Assembly: GCA_025999155.1 (NCBI GenBank)
Contig: AP026679.1
Span: forward strand, 227,996 to 291,995
Source of the DNA: Candidatus Dojkabacteria bacterium
GTDB taxonomy: Bacteria; Patescibacteriota; Dojkabacteria; JAOAGR01
DNA: 64,000 nucleotides
Reading direction: 5' to 3'
The position numbers were made by a program, and so were the translations under genes. The stretch's first letter is position 1, and every line of letters starts with the position of its first letter. The notes beneath the pieces are model-generated. The model saw nothing but the letters and a program-made list of their open reading frames with translations. It did no database searches and had not been told where the DNA came from. Positions 39,913-50,458 of the stretch are shown piece by piece.

Positions 39913-40782
39913 ATGAAAAAAATTTATCAAAGAGACGACTACAACACTAATCAAAAATGTACATGGTGTCCTGGATGCGGAAATTTTGCAATTTGGTACA
40001 TGTTAAAACAAGCTTTGTTTGAGTTAAAAATAAATCCACACAATGTAGTCATCGTGTACGGCGTAGGCTGTTCTGGTAACGGTGCTAATTTTACAGATGT
40101 GTATTCCTTCCATGGACTTCATGGTCGAGCACTTCCTGTGGCACAAGGTATCAAATTAGTTAATAAAAATCTTAAAGTTATAGTCATGGCAGGAGATGGG
40201 GATAGTATGGGTATTGGAATTGGTCACTTTATACACGCATGTCGAAGAAATATGGATATTACTTTAATAATGCATGATAATCAAATTTACGGTCTAACTA
40301 CAGGACAATTATCACCTCGATCAGATCTAGGCATGATTACAAAAACTAGTCCTACCGGGAACTTTGAAACTCCAGTCAATCCAATATCTCTAGCAATATC
40401 ATCAGGTGCAACTTTTGTAGCAAGAGGTTTTAGTGGTCATCCACGACCACTGAAAGAAATATTTAAAGCAGCATTGATACATAAAGGTTTTTCCTTTGTT
40501 GATGTACTACAACCATGTGTAACGTTTAACAAACTTAATACTTATGCTTGGTATAATGCACGAGCATATTATTTACAAGATGATAGTACCTATGATGTAC
40601 ATGACTTTAATAAGGCTTTATCTGTGTCCTTTATTTGGGGGCAAAGAATACCACTAGGAATATTCTACAAAAATTACGCTCCTACATATGAAGACTCTCT
40701 AAATATCGATATTAATGTTTTACAGACGATGGATTCTTCACCTCAAGACATTAGTGAAATTTTAAAAGAGTATGAAGTATAA
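39913..40782 (+). CDS. korB: 2-oxoacid:ferredoxin oxidoreductase beta subunit
   Basis: WCPGCGNF, LHGRALP, TPP motif GDGD...NQIYGLT, LQPCVTFN. Confidence 0.93.
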   Translation: MKKIYQRDDYNTNQKCTWCPGCGNFAIWYMLKQALFELKINPHNVVIVYGVGCSGNGANFTDVYSFHGLHGRALPVAQGIKLVNKNLKVIVMAGDGDSMGIGIGHFIHACRRNMDITLIMHDNQIYGLTTGQLSPRSDLGMITKTSPTGNFETPVNPISLAISSGATFVARGFSGHPRPLKEIFKAALIHKGFSFVDVLQPCVTFNKLNTYAWYNARAYYLQDDSTYDVHDFNKALSVSFIWGQRIPLGIFYKNYAPTYEDSLNIDINVLQTMDSSPQDISEILKEYEV

Positions 40783-40787
40783 CTTAG

Positions 40788-41822
40788 TTACTTTAAGGAG
40801 TCTCGCCCTAAAGTAATTAGTACATCAGCAAAAATACTTTTGTCTGTAATTACGTACTGAGCTTCCCTATCTTTAAAAATCAAATAATTTATCTGCTGTA
40901 AAGTATGAGTTTTCAGTAAATCTTGTCTATCTATAGCCACGGTTGTTTGTTGGGCTATTTCAGGGTCAAAATCAACCTTTACTACATTTAAACCATAAGA
41001 ACTTAATAATTCAGCAACAAAATTTTCCCGATTTTCGACACCTGTTGCGTTCACTATATGTATACGTACCTGTTCTTTTTTAATATCATCTAAGTCTAAA
41101 ATATCAGACATTAAAAAATCTTTGTAATATTTGATTTGTTTTTCTGGTGTATTATGAAGTATAAAATATTCTGTAATTACATCATAAAAGGAATCTAAAC
41201 ACATGTCGGTCTCGATTTGAATATTATTGTCTATTTCATTTATTTTACGCCATTTATCAATCCAATTATAAGAATATAATTCGACATACCGAATTAACTT
41301 GGAAATATCATCAATTATGATTACGCTATCTACTTTGAGTCTTAATTTTTCGTACAACCATAACTTTAAATTCTGTATAGTCTTAGTTTTATCTATAAAA
41401 TATCTATTTAGATAGACTAAATCAGCAATTCTCCCTTTTTTGCCTTGTGCTAAGTCAAATTCATAATCTGACAAGTCAATGCTAAACTTCTTACCTTCAG
41501 CAAGAACATGCACATAAACATTATGAACAACATCGTTTGTATAGGACATTACTACGAAACTATAAACATAACCTTTTTTATAAACAACGCAAGGGTTCAC
41601 TTCTAATGAATCAACTTTGCTGGCAAGATTACTATTAAATTCTTGATTACTTGTATAAATGACGTACATGTAGTAAAAACACCAACCTAGGAATAACAAC
41701 AAAATAACTAAAACGAAAAATCTCCTTACTAATAAAGTAATTTTTTTTCTATCGTTTCTGCGATTTTTTTTAAATACATTAGAACGTAACTTAAATGATG
41801 TGTTAGATAATAACTTTTTCAT
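40788..41822 (-). CDS. Membrane-anchored protein with LytR C-terminal domain
   Basis: N-terminal TM; C-terminal IHIVNATG...ADVLITLGRD. Confidence 0.7.
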   Translation of the reverse strand: MKKLLSNTSFKLRSNVFKKNRRNDRKKITLLVRRFFVLVILLLFLGWCFYYMYVIYTSNQEFNSNLASKVDSLEVNPCVVYKKGYVYSFVVMSYTNDVVHNVYVHVLAEGKKFSIDLSDYEFDLAQGKKGRIADLVYLNRYFIDKTKTIQNLKLWLYEKLRLKVDSVIIIDDISKLIRYVELYSYNWIDKWRKINEIDNNIQIETDMCLDSFYDVITEYFILHNTPEKQIKYYKDFLMSDILDLDDIKKEQVRIHIVNATGVENRENFVAELLSSYGLNVVKVDFDPEIAQQTTVAIDRQDLLKTHTLQQINYLIFKDREAQYVITDKSIFADVLITLGRDSLK

Positions 41823-42799
41823 TTCGGACTTAACAACCTAATCTTACGAAAAGCCTCCGGTAAAGGAGCTTCTACAGCATAAAACTTACCATTATAACTT
41901 TCAAATTCTAACTTAGATGCGTGTAGATATAAACGATTCTCTAATTTTAGAGTATTAAAAAACTCTACCACTTTATTTTTTTGTTTCGGTGATAAATACA
42001 AATTATCGCCTAAAATGGGTAATCCTATACTTTTTTGATGTACCCGAATTTGATGCGTACGCCCTGTCTGTGGTTTTGCAAGTAATACCGTAAGATATAA
42101 ATCATTAATTTGTTTCATTTCTAGAATCTGAAAAATTGTTCGAGAGTATTTTGCTTTATCACTATTTTCTAATCTAAGTATAAATTTTTTCCTATTCAGA
42201 GGGTTTCTTTGTATAAAACCCTCCACTATAAATTCATTTGTTAAGTTTGTATCATTGACTTTCAGACCAATAGATATGTACTCTTTATATACTTTTCGTT
42301 CCGCAAATATTTTTGATCCCCACCACAAAGAATAGGGATTCTTTGCTACTACCATGACACCAGAAGTTTCTTTATCTAAACGATGCAGAATTCCTGGTCT
42401 TTTAAAATCATTAAATGGTAAATCTTTATACCTTCCAAGAAGTTTATGTACTATTGTAATCTCACGATTATTCGAGTCTGTAGGATGACAACTTATTCCC
42501 GCAGGTTTATTTATAAACAGGAAATCATCATCTTCATACAAAATGGGTAAATCAAATTCCGCAGGTATAAGATTTGAAGAGTTTGTTTGATATTGTAAAG
42601 CTGGGAATTTTATGATATCACCCACTTTAACCTTATATCCAGCTTTATAATTAACTATACCGTTTACAAATACTTTATTTGACTCGATTGTCTTCTTGAT
42701 AAAAGATCGGGAATACTGAGGAAGCTTCAAAGCTAAAAAAAGATCAAGTCTCTTGTTTGCGTCATACGAACTATCGACATATATAGAAATATATCGCAT
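41819..42799 (-). CDS. rluD: RluA-family pseudouridine synthase (RluD-like, with S4 domain)
   Basis: RLDLFL, NKPAG, HRLDKETSG, TGRTHQIRVH, LYLHA. Confidence 0.9.
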   Translation of the reverse strand: MRYISIYVDSSYDANKRLDLFLALKLPQYSRSFIKKTIESNKVFVNGIVNYKAGYKVKVGDIIKFPALQYQTNSSNLIPAEFDLPILYEDDDFLFINKPAGISCHPTDSNNREITIVHKLLGRYKDLPFNDFKRPGILHRLDKETSGVMVVAKNPYSLWWGSKIFAERKVYKEYISIGLKVNDTNLTNEFIVEGFIQRNPLNRKKFILRLENSDKAKYSRTIFQILEMKQINDLYLTVLLAKPQTGRTHQIRVHQKSIGLPILGDNLYLSPKQKNKVVEFFNTLKLENRLYLHASKLEFESYNGKFYAVEAPLPEAFRKIRLLSPK

Positions 42800-42938
42800 A
42801 AAACATATAAATTAATAAAACACTTATAAAGATTTCTGCTGTGAGTTATTGTGCGAACTCGGAGACTCCGCAGAAACCTCTTGAGATTCTTGTTGTGATT
42901 TGTGTTGAGATCCCTGTTGAGATTTGACGGTATGGGGT

Positions 42939-43637
42939 TTACTTTTTTTTATCTTCTGAAACATCGGTATTACTTAACTTCTTGCTGCTCGTATCCAATT
43001 TGGCAACTACAGCCTTTTTCAAAATATCAATTTTTTGAATCAACTTATTAATGTTGAAATTATCAATGTGCTTCTTAGTCTTTTTTACTTGCCTTACGGC
43101 TGACTTTTCACTTGATTTTTTCTTCTGAATGGATTGTACAAGTTTTTGATATCTATCTCCAAAATCATATCCACACTTCCAACAGTATTGATCATCGGAA
43201 TCAGTTAATGCACTACATTTAGGGCATTTGTACCTATTTTGAGCACCACATCGTGTACAGAATACATGGCTTTCGAGTACATATGAGTCACAATTTAAAC
43301 ATTGCAATACTTTTGATGCCTCATTATAAAAAAATCTATGTTCTAAATGTATAAAAGCCTTATCTTCTAAGGTTTGTCTAGGCCTCGCTATTAAATACAA
43401 AACAAGAGCAAATGGCCCAAATAAAAGACCTGTTACAAACAAGAGAAATACCCATGGGGACTTACCAAATCTTTTGATTGAATCGTAAAATATAAAGAAG
43501 CCACAATACATCCATAAAACAAAGAAAAAGAAAGCTAAAATCGTTATTAAACTAGCTAACCATATCTCAGAATTATTCAAAATATCAGGAAGCGTTTCTT
43601 CTAGGAGTTTTATGATTTGACGACTATATTCATCCAT
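42939..43637 (-). CDS. Membrane protein with double zinc ribbon
   Basis: Two to three TM helices; CxxC pairs CLNC, CTRC, CPKC, CWKC. Confidence 0.85.
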   Translation of the reverse strand: MDEYSRQIIKLLEETLPDILNNSEIWLASLITILAFFFFVLWMYCGFFIFYDSIKRFGKSPWVFLLFVTGLLFGPFALVLYLIARPRQTLEDKAFIHLEHRFFYNEASKVLQCLNCDSYVLESHVFCTRCGAQNRYKCPKCSALTDSDDQYCWKCGYDFGDRYQKLVQSIQKKKSSEKSAVRQVKKTKKHIDNFNINKLIQKIDILKKAVVAKLDTSSKKLSNTDVSEDKKK

Positions 43638-43639
43638 TT

Positions 43640-44203
43640 TTATTCTTTAACCCTTTCTGTATATTCTCCTGTATCGGTATTTACTTTGATTGTGTCACCG
43701 ATATTAACGAATAAAGGGACATTTATCTCTACTCCAGTTTCTAGCTTAGCTTTTTTCATAGGATTGTTAGATGTATCTCCCTTTACGGCAGGCTCTGTAT
43801 ATACAATTTTCAAATGGACAGATTTAGGTATTTCTATAGTAATTGGGTTGCCATCAAGATACACTACAATTACTTTACTACCTTCAACTACATATTGCAG
43901 CATATCCTTCACAGTTTCATAGTCTAAACTTATCTGTTCAAATGACTGATTATCCATAAAGTAAGCAAGCTCATCGTCATGATAGAGATATTGAGCACTT
44001 CTTTTCTCTACACTAGCTTCTTCAAATTTCATTTGTTGACTAAAGCCCTTCTCCACAATGGAACCAGAAACTATATCCTTCGCCTTAATTTTAACTGTGC
44101 CGCTTCCTCGCCCCATCTTTACAAATTCATATTTCAGGACGACCCAAGTCTTACCTTCGTATTTGAAAACTACTCCGTTTCTTAAATCAGTCGAAAATAG
44201 CAT
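43640..44203 (-). CDS. efp: Elongation factor P
   Basis: KMGRG loop, TEPAVKGDT, VPLFV, EYTER. Confidence 0.96.
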   Translation of the reverse strand: MLFSTDLRNGVVFKYEGKTWVVLKYEFVKMGRGSGTVKIKAKDIVSGSIVEKGFSQQMKFEEASVEKRSAQYLYHDDELAYFMDNQSFEQISLDYETVKDMLQYVVEGSKVIVVYLDGNPITIEIPKSVHLKIVYTEPAVKGDTSNNPMKKAKLETGVEINVPLFVNIGDTIKVNTDTGEYTERVKE

Positions 44204-44373
44204 AGAAAAATGTTAACACAGAATCATAACTATTCAAAGATAGGTCTTTTAAATCACAAAAAACTAGTACATATCTTTTTGATAGACAAGCCAAGTATGC
44301 TATTGAAATAAAAAGTATTTTTAATCTAACCGACCACTATCAGCACTCAAGAAAACTACAATTAAAAACAAAA

Positions 44374-44460
44374 TGGTGCCGAAAGGGGGAATCGAACCCC
44401 CACTCTATTGCTAGAATCGGATTTTGAGTCCGACGCGTCTACCAATTCCGCCATCTCGGC
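44374..44460 (-). tRNA. tRNA-Leu (CAA)
   Basis: Reverse complement GCCGAGA...TCGGA-CT-CAA-AA-TCCGA, long variable arm, GTTCGATT, ACCA end. Confidence 0.95.
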
Positions 44461-44518
44461 ATCACTGCATAAATTATACAGAAAATAAACGATTACCTAC
44501 AAATCTATCGAAAAATTA

Positions 44519-45844
44519 CTAATTATCATCAATAAATTTTGCACAGTAATCTACAAATCTTAAAGTGGCAATGCCTGTGGCACCATTTCGATTTTTTGCG
44601 ACAATTGCTTCTGCTTTATTTTTTTCAGTCTCATCTAATTCTCTATTGTAATAAGCTTCTCGATGCAGAAAAACAACAATATCGGCGTCTTGCTCTATAG
44701 CACCTGATTCTCTTAAGTCCGATAACTGCGGGCGTCTATCATTACGTGACTCGACTGACCGATTTAATTGAGATAAAGCTATTACAGGTAATTTTAATTC
44801 TCTAGCAATGTTTTTTAATCCTTGGGATATTTCTGACACTTCTAAGGCCCTATTATCTTTATTTCTACCTTGTAGTAGTTGTAAATAATCAACAAAAATT
44901 GCATCTAAGCCTACTTCTAAGTGCCATTTACGAGCCTTCGTGCGTAGTTCGGAAATATGTAACCCCGGAGTATCATCAATAAAAATATCTGCCTCATACA
45001 ACTCCTCCATAGCTTCTTTACATCTATCCCAATTTTTCCCTTCTAAATTACCAATCCTTATATCCATTAAACTAACTTCGCTTTGTAGTGATAAAAGCCT
45101 ATCTGCTACTTGATCTTTTGACATTTCTAACGAAAAAATCAAAACCTTTTTTTTGATATATACTGCTAATTTTCTAACCATCTCTAACATAAATGCTGTT
45201 TTCCCTACAGAAGGTCTTGCTGCAATAATAATTAAATCACCCTTATGTAATCCCCCAATCAGATTATCAATAGATGTAAAACCGCTTGATATCCCTCGTA
45301 AAGTCTCGACATCTTTTATATGACCTTCAAATTTTTCCGATATTTGAAGTATTAGATCGCGAATGTGCGTAAAATCTTTAGGTTGTGTATTCTGAAAAAT
45401 AGTAAAAATACGTTTTTCAACTTCATCGATGATATCTGGTACTTTACGCGACTCATCAAGTCCGAGTCTAACTAAATCGGACGACAGTGAAATGAGCTTA
45501 CGTCTTAAGGAGGCTTCTTTAATTATATTACAGTAGAATTCGACATTAGTAGTTATAGGTAAAATCGAAACGATCTCTGTCAAAAAATCCGGTTTTGGGA
45601 GTTTATCAATTTTTTTATGCTTGACTAAAAAATCTCTTACTGTAACTATATCTACCGCAATTGAAGTATGAAAAAGACTTAGGGCAGCATCAAATATTAT
45701 TTGGTGTACTGGGTCATAAAAATCTTCAGAAGTTAATATATCTGCAACTTTGATCAAGGCTTCTTTATCAAGTAAAATTGACGCCAACACATACTTCTCT
45801 GCACCCAAATCGGAAGGGGGTTTTGGTGATATATTTTTCATCAC
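44519..45844 (-). CDS. dnaB: Replicative DNA helicase
   Basis: AARPSVGKT, FSLEM, VDYLQL, LSQLNR, DLRESGAIEQDAD, KNRNG. Confidence 0.97.
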   Translation of the reverse strand: MMKNISPKPPSDLGAEKYVLASILLDKEALIKVADILTSEDFYDPVHQIIFDAALSLFHTSIAVDIVTVRDFLVKHKKIDKLPKPDFLTEIVSILPITTNVEFYCNIIKEASLRRKLISLSSDLVRLGLDESRKVPDIIDEVEKRIFTIFQNTQPKDFTHIRDLILQISEKFEGHIKDVETLRGISSGFTSIDNLIGGLHKGDLIIIAARPSVGKTAFMLEMVRKLAVYIKKKVLIFSLEMSKDQVADRLLSLQSEVSLMDIRIGNLEGKNWDRCKEAMEELYEADIFIDDTPGLHISELRTKARKWHLEVGLDAIFVDYLQLLQGRNKDNRALEVSEISQGLKNIARELKLPVIALSQLNRSVESRNDRRPQLSDLRESGAIEQDADIVVFLHREAYYNRELDETEKNKAEAIVAKNRNGATGIATLRFVDYCAKFIDDN

Positions 45845-46434
45845 AGATCAAAATAACAACAAATCGTATCTTCAATGGTATCCAGATTAGATCGATCTAA
45901 TTGCAAAGGTTTATGATAGATATTGACTCCCGAAATCTCTTTTTTTACTTCTTCTATACTATCTAAGGCAAATTTAATATCTGATCTTGCTTGCTCTCTC
46001 AAACCGAAACATACAGCTATTGCAGGTGAAAACTTATTAATTACTTGATTAGCGTCCCTAGCAGCCAAAAATGGTCCTGCACCAACTCCGATTAAAAGCA
46101 CATCAATATTTTCAAATAACTCTTCCGGAATATGATCAATAGAATTAATAAAACTAATAATTCCTATTGCTACATCTTCGATATATATGTTGTACGAATA
46201 AGTATCTTCATGCTTATTTTTTCTGCCATTAACAAACACTTCTTTGATTTCGAATTCTCCTGCTCCAGTAATAACAAAGGAATCTGAATTGCGCTGTTTA
46301 TACTCCATATACGGAGAATTTCGAACTGAATAAATAGACACATCTCCATCCAATACAGTAGTCGGATTAATAAGTATTTTCGCTAAACGTGTTTCTATTA
46401 AAAACGTACAAAAAGAAATCTGCTTTATAACCAT
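45841..46434 (-). CDS. Degenerate MBL-fold protein (Lactamase_B_3-like)
   Basis: FLIET..ILINP, ITGAGEFEIK, IDVLLIGVG pattern; metal-binding His residues not evident. Confidence 0.6.
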   Translation of the reverse strand: MVIKQISFCTFLIETRLAKILINPTTVLDGDVSIYSVRNSPYMEYKQRNSDSFVITGAGEFEIKEVFVNGRKNKHEDTYSYNIYIEDVAIGIISFINSIDHIPEELFENIDVLLIGVGAGPFLAARDANQVINKFSPAIAVCFGLREQARSDIKFALDSIEEVKKEISGVNIYHKPLQLDRSNLDTIEDTICCYFDL

Positions 46435-46522
46435 TGCTAAGTATTTTAATGTAAATCAATATAACTTTAAAGTAGAATCATAAGATGACAAATCGGGACG
46501 ATAATTATAGGATATTCTAAAG

Positions 46523-46531
46523 TTTTCCACA
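46523..46531 (+). promoter_or_regulatory. Single DnaA box upstream of dnaA
   Basis: TTTTCCACA matches TT(A/T)TNCACA. Confidence 0.5.
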
Positions 46532-46551
46532 TTATCGTAGAATCACAGAGT

Positions 46552-47904
46552 ATGCAAACAAAAGAACTACTCAATACCATCCTAGAAAACATACAAACCA
46601 AGGTCTCTCCGCAAGTGTATGATGCATACTTTGCTAGTTTACATATAGTAAATATACAAGATGAATCTATAGTCTTAGGCTGTAAAAATAGTTTCACGAA
46701 ACAAGTTATAGAAACAAGATATTTTCAAACGTTACTTTACTCTGTAAAAAAAGTAACTGATGAGAAAATTAGACACATAGAACTAGTAGTCAAAAGCACA
46801 AACCATACAGGAACAAAAGCAGAAAATTTATTCACTACTGCTTTTAATTCTTTTCAAAAACATACTCTTCAGGATATTACACAGAAGGTATTATCGACCG
46901 GATTGAATCCAAAATATACTTTCGACACCTTTGTCGTAGGATCAGGAAACCAGTTAGCGCATGCAGCAGCGATCGCTATAGTAGATAATCCCGGCAGTGC
47001 ATATAACCCATTTTTTATTTATGGAGGTGTAGGTCTTGGTAAGACTCATTTAATGCAAGCCGTAGGTAACGCAATCCTGATAAAAAACCCAAACGCAAAA
47101 ATATTATACTGCTCCACCGAAAGTTTCCTTAATGAAATGATTCAAAGCATTATGAAAAAGACAAGCAATACATTCCGCGAGAAATATAGAGCTCTGGATG
47201 TATTGTTACTGGACGATATACAATTTATCTCCCAAAAGGAAGCTTTACAAGAAGAATTTTTTAACACCTTTAATACCTTATATCAAGCAGGCAAACAAAT
47301 AATTCTTGCATCAGACAGGCCACCAAGTGAAATATCACATCTTGAAGAACGCATTCGATCGAGATTTGAAGGGGGTCTTGTCGCAGACATACAAAAACCT
47401 AATTTGGAAACACGTATCGCAATTATTCAAAATAAATTAAAAGACAGAAATGAGTTCCTCCCAGAAGGTATTATTTACACTATTGCAGAGCTTGTTGATA
47501 CAAACATCAGAGAGTTAGAAGGAGCTTTATTGAAAATATCGATATTTGCTAAAACTAACGGTAATGTAACAGTGACAGATGTACGCAGTTTACTTGGTGA
47601 TAAAATATTTGCCGTTAAGAAAAAAATTAACCCACTAGATATCATCAAAATCGTATCTGAAGAACTCAATATAGAAATTAAGGATATTCGAAGTGCAAAA
47701 AGAAATTACGACATCACTTACGCTAGACAAATAAGTATGTACTTATTAAAAGATGTTTTAAAATTACCACTAGTGAAAATTGCTAAACATGTGGGACGTA
47801 AGGATCACACCACAGTAATGCATGGTATTTCTAAAATTGAAAAACTTCTACAATCAGATCCTAATACATCTAGATTAATTCAACAGATTAAATCAAAACT
47901 ATAA
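46552..47904 (+). CDS. dnaA: Chromosomal replication initiator DnaA
   Basis: LNPKYTFDTFVVG, GGVGLGKTHL, LLDDIQF, NIRELEGAL, GRKDHTTVMH. Confidence 0.98.
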   Translation: MQTKELLNTILENIQTKVSPQVYDAYFASLHIVNIQDESIVLGCKNSFTKQVIETRYFQTLLYSVKKVTDEKIRHIELVVKSTNHTGTKAENLFTTAFNSFQKHTLQDITQKVLSTGLNPKYTFDTFVVGSGNQLAHAAAIAIVDNPGSAYNPFFIYGGVGLGKTHLMQAVGNAILIKNPNAKILYCSTESFLNEMIQSIMKKTSNTFREKYRALDVLLLDDIQFISQKEALQEEFFNTFNTLYQAGKQIILASDRPPSEISHLEERIRSRFEGGLVADIQKPNLETRIAIIQNKLKDRNEFLPEGIIYTIAELVDTNIRELEGALLKISIFAKTNGNVTVTDVRSLLGDKIFAVKKKINPLDIIKIVSEELNIEIKDIRSAKRNYDITYARQISMYLLKDVLKLPLVKIAKHVGRKDHTTVMHGISKIEKLLQSDPNTSRLIQQIKSKL

Positions 47905-47910
47905 TTGATT

Positions 47911-48669
47911 CTATTTAGCTCTAACTTCAAATATCCGTATTGTATTCAAAGGTTTAGATTGTTCAGTTGCATAGACATAGTTCTTATTGATCTCTACTTT
48001 ATTCAATGACTCTAATACATCGGATCCTTCAACTAATCGACCTAAATTTGTAAATTTACCGTTCAAGTTTTTTATCTGATCAGAATTAGAGTCTTTACCC
48101 GTAACAATGAAAATTTCTGTACTATTGCTATTTGGGTCGCTATCCCCTTTATTAGCAAACGCTAAGCTTCCGTACTCAAACGCACGTGTATTCAAGTTTG
48201 GGTTTGTACGAACGCCTATTTGACTTAAATATTTTTTCTCATCTTCAGTCAGTTCTAATTTATCGAAATTAACTTCAACATCTATTTTTTCGTTGTAATA
48301 CAAATCTAATTTACTCTGCATGCTAGTTTCTTCAAGATTTGCACCACCTTTCTGGACTATATAATCCTGTATACCAGCTTGTACAACAAAATCCTTTACG
48401 ACTCGATAAAACTCCAAACCATCATAAAACTTCTTATCATTTGCAAGCATTTTAATGTGATTAACACTCTTAGGAGCAGCATCAGGAAAAAGCTCAAAAA
48501 CCATCACGCCATGATTTGTTGCAATACATAAGTGATTATCTCCATATCGACCCAATACCGTGTCACAAGTTTCATAGCTACGGACACGATAGTAAATTAC
48601 AGTCGCTACAATAGCCACTATAACAACAGCCGTAACAACAATTGGCAGATACTTAAGATATTTTTTCAT
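47911..48669 (-). CDS. Membrane-anchored cyclophilin-type peptidyl-prolyl isomerase
   Basis: ELFPDAAP, FYDGLEFYRVVKDFVVQAG, GSLAFAN, LNGKFT. Confidence 0.88.
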   Translation of the reverse strand: MKKYLKYLPIVVTAVVIVAIVATVIYYRVRSYETCDTVLGRYGDNHLCIATNHGVMVFELFPDAAPKSVNHIKMLANDKKFYDGLEFYRVVKDFVVQAGIQDYIVQKGGANLEETSMQSKLDLYYNEKIDVEVNFDKLELTEDEKKYLSQIGVRTNPNLNTRAFEYGSLAFANKGDSDPNSNSTEIFIVTGKDSNSDQIKNLNGKFTNLGRLVEGSDVLESLNKVEINKNYVYATEQSKPLNTIRIFEVRAK

Positions 48670-48690
48670 AACAAAATTATACTGTAATTC

Positions 48691-50433
48691 TTAATTTTTA
48701 GCATTCAAATATTTTGCTAGTTTCAATAACAGGTCTAATAATTGCTTATTCTCTATATTTGATTTCAGTTGCTGTGAAACTTCCTGATATTTTACGCGAA
48801 CTAACAAAGGGATACTTTTACGGACATGCTCTTCAATATTGGTATTTGAATCAAAATTAACTTCTTTCAGCAAAATATGCTCAAATTTGACTTTATTTTT
48901 TTCATCTAAAGCATGGTAAACGGATGTGACATCATCTGCATCTGCAAGCAATAACATACAGTCAAAAATCTCGATGTATTCATCAATAATCAAATCACGA
49001 TCTATCAAGCTAAGTAAGTGCTTGGATTTTGACCAATTGTGTAAAATTATGCCAAATATATAATCATATATCTTATTAGCGTGTTCAGTCGATAAATTCT
49101 TATGATTAACTGAATAATATTGCTGGTCTTGATTGAAATCATGTCCGGAATATGACTCAAGAGACTCTACTCTAATGTTAAATTCAGAAGCTATTTTCTT
49201 TAAGTATTCATGCCTTATAAACTCGCTGTGATGTTTATGAACCAGCGGCACAATAATTTTCAGAATAGAATTTTTTTGATTAATTGTAGGATTTGGAAAT
49301 TTCTTGAAAAAATTAGAAAGAAAGTATTCTATTGGATCGTAAGGGTTGTTTAGTGCCTCTATCCATTTCTCCGGATTTGCCATGATCAATTCATCCGGAT
49401 CTTTACCTAGTTGATTATCCCAACTAATAATTTTCACTGTCATTTCTTCCGGATAAGAAAAAATTAAATCTAATGCGCGAATTGTCGCTTTTTTCCCCGC
49501 GCTATCTTTATCAAAAGCTAGATAAATAGTATCTGTGTATCTTTTTAAAATAGCTACATGCTCACGTGTAAAACTTGTACCTAATGAAGCCACAATATTT
49601 CTCACTCCTACTCTATGAGAAGATAAAACATTCATTTGTCCCTCACATAGAATTACAAATTGATATTTACGTATGCTCTCAACAGCTTGGAAGAGACCAA
49701 ATATTAGACGGCTTTTATTAAAGATTATACTTTGTGGTGAATTCAAATATTTAGGAGGGTTAAATGTAGAAGAAGATTGCCCTATAAATCGACCAGAAAA
49801 TCCTACAATATTTCCTTTCTCATCAAATATGGAAAATATAATACGATTACGAAACTTACTTAATAATTTGCCGTCTTTATTGACTATAATCCCAGCCTCG
49901 ATCAATAATTCATTCGAAATCGATTTATTCTTAAAATATTCTGATATTTCATCGTTATTTTCTGGAGCATAACCTAAATGAAAAGTCTGAATTAAATCTT
50001 CAGTTAATCCCCGCTTTAAGATATATTGGTAGCCGGGGTTATTTTTATTTTGCGCAAGCTTTTCCGAATAAAAATTCGCTGCCAACTTGACTACTTCTAG
50101 TAGCTTATTTTTCTTTTCTATATATTGCTTATCCTTAGAATGATTTGGATCACTTTTCAACTTATACCCTACTCGATCAGCTAATTCTTTTAAGGCTTCA
50201 TAAAAAGTCAAATTATCTATACGCATCAGAAACGTAAAAACATCGCCTCCCACACCACAACCAAAACACTTAAAGATTTGTAATTTTTCGTTGACACCAA
50301 ATGAAGGAGTTTTTTCGTTATGAAACGGACATAAACCAAAATAATTCGACCCAGTCTTTTTTAATCTAACTCGCTCACCTATTACATCAACAATATTGAC
50401 TCGTGCTTTTACTTCATCAATATCGTTCGACAT
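48691..50433 (-). CDS. dnaG: DNA primase
   Basis: CPFHNEKTPSF, CFGCG, KYLNSP, TOPRIM CEG...FDKDSAG, KDPDE. Confidence 0.97.
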   Translation of the reverse strand: MSNDIDEVKARVNIVDVIGERVRLKKTGSNYFGLCPFHNEKTPSFGVNEKLQIFKCFGCGVGGDVFTFLMRIDNLTFYEALKELADRVGYKLKSDPNHSKDKQYIEKKNKLLEVVKLAANFYSEKLAQNKNNPGYQYILKRGLTEDLIQTFHLGYAPENNDEISEYFKNKSISNELLIEAGIIVNKDGKLLSKFRNRIIFSIFDEKGNIVGFSGRFIGQSSSTFNPPKYLNSPQSIIFNKSRLIFGLFQAVESIRKYQFVILCEGQMNVLSSHRVGVRNIVASLGTSFTREHVAILKRYTDTIYLAFDKDSAGKKATIRALDLIFSYPEEMTVKIISWDNQLGKDPDELIMANPEKWIEALNNPYDPIEYFLSNFFKKFPNPTINQKNSILKIIVPLVHKHHSEFIRHEYLKKIASEFNIRVESLESYSGHDFNQDQQYYSVNHKNLSTEHANKIYDYIFGIILHNWSKSKHLLSLIDRDLIIDEYIEIFDCMLLLADADDVTSVYHALDEKNKVKFEHILLKEVNFDSNTNIEEHVRKSIPLLVRVKYQEVSQQLKSNIENKQLLDLLLKLAKYLNAKN

Positions 50434-50458
50434 AATTTAAATCCTAAAAGCAATGATT

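Noticed and set aside
46435-46551. oriC immediately upstream of dnaA
   Set aside because: Only 117 bp with a single DnaA box; better explained as divergent promoters with autoregulation.
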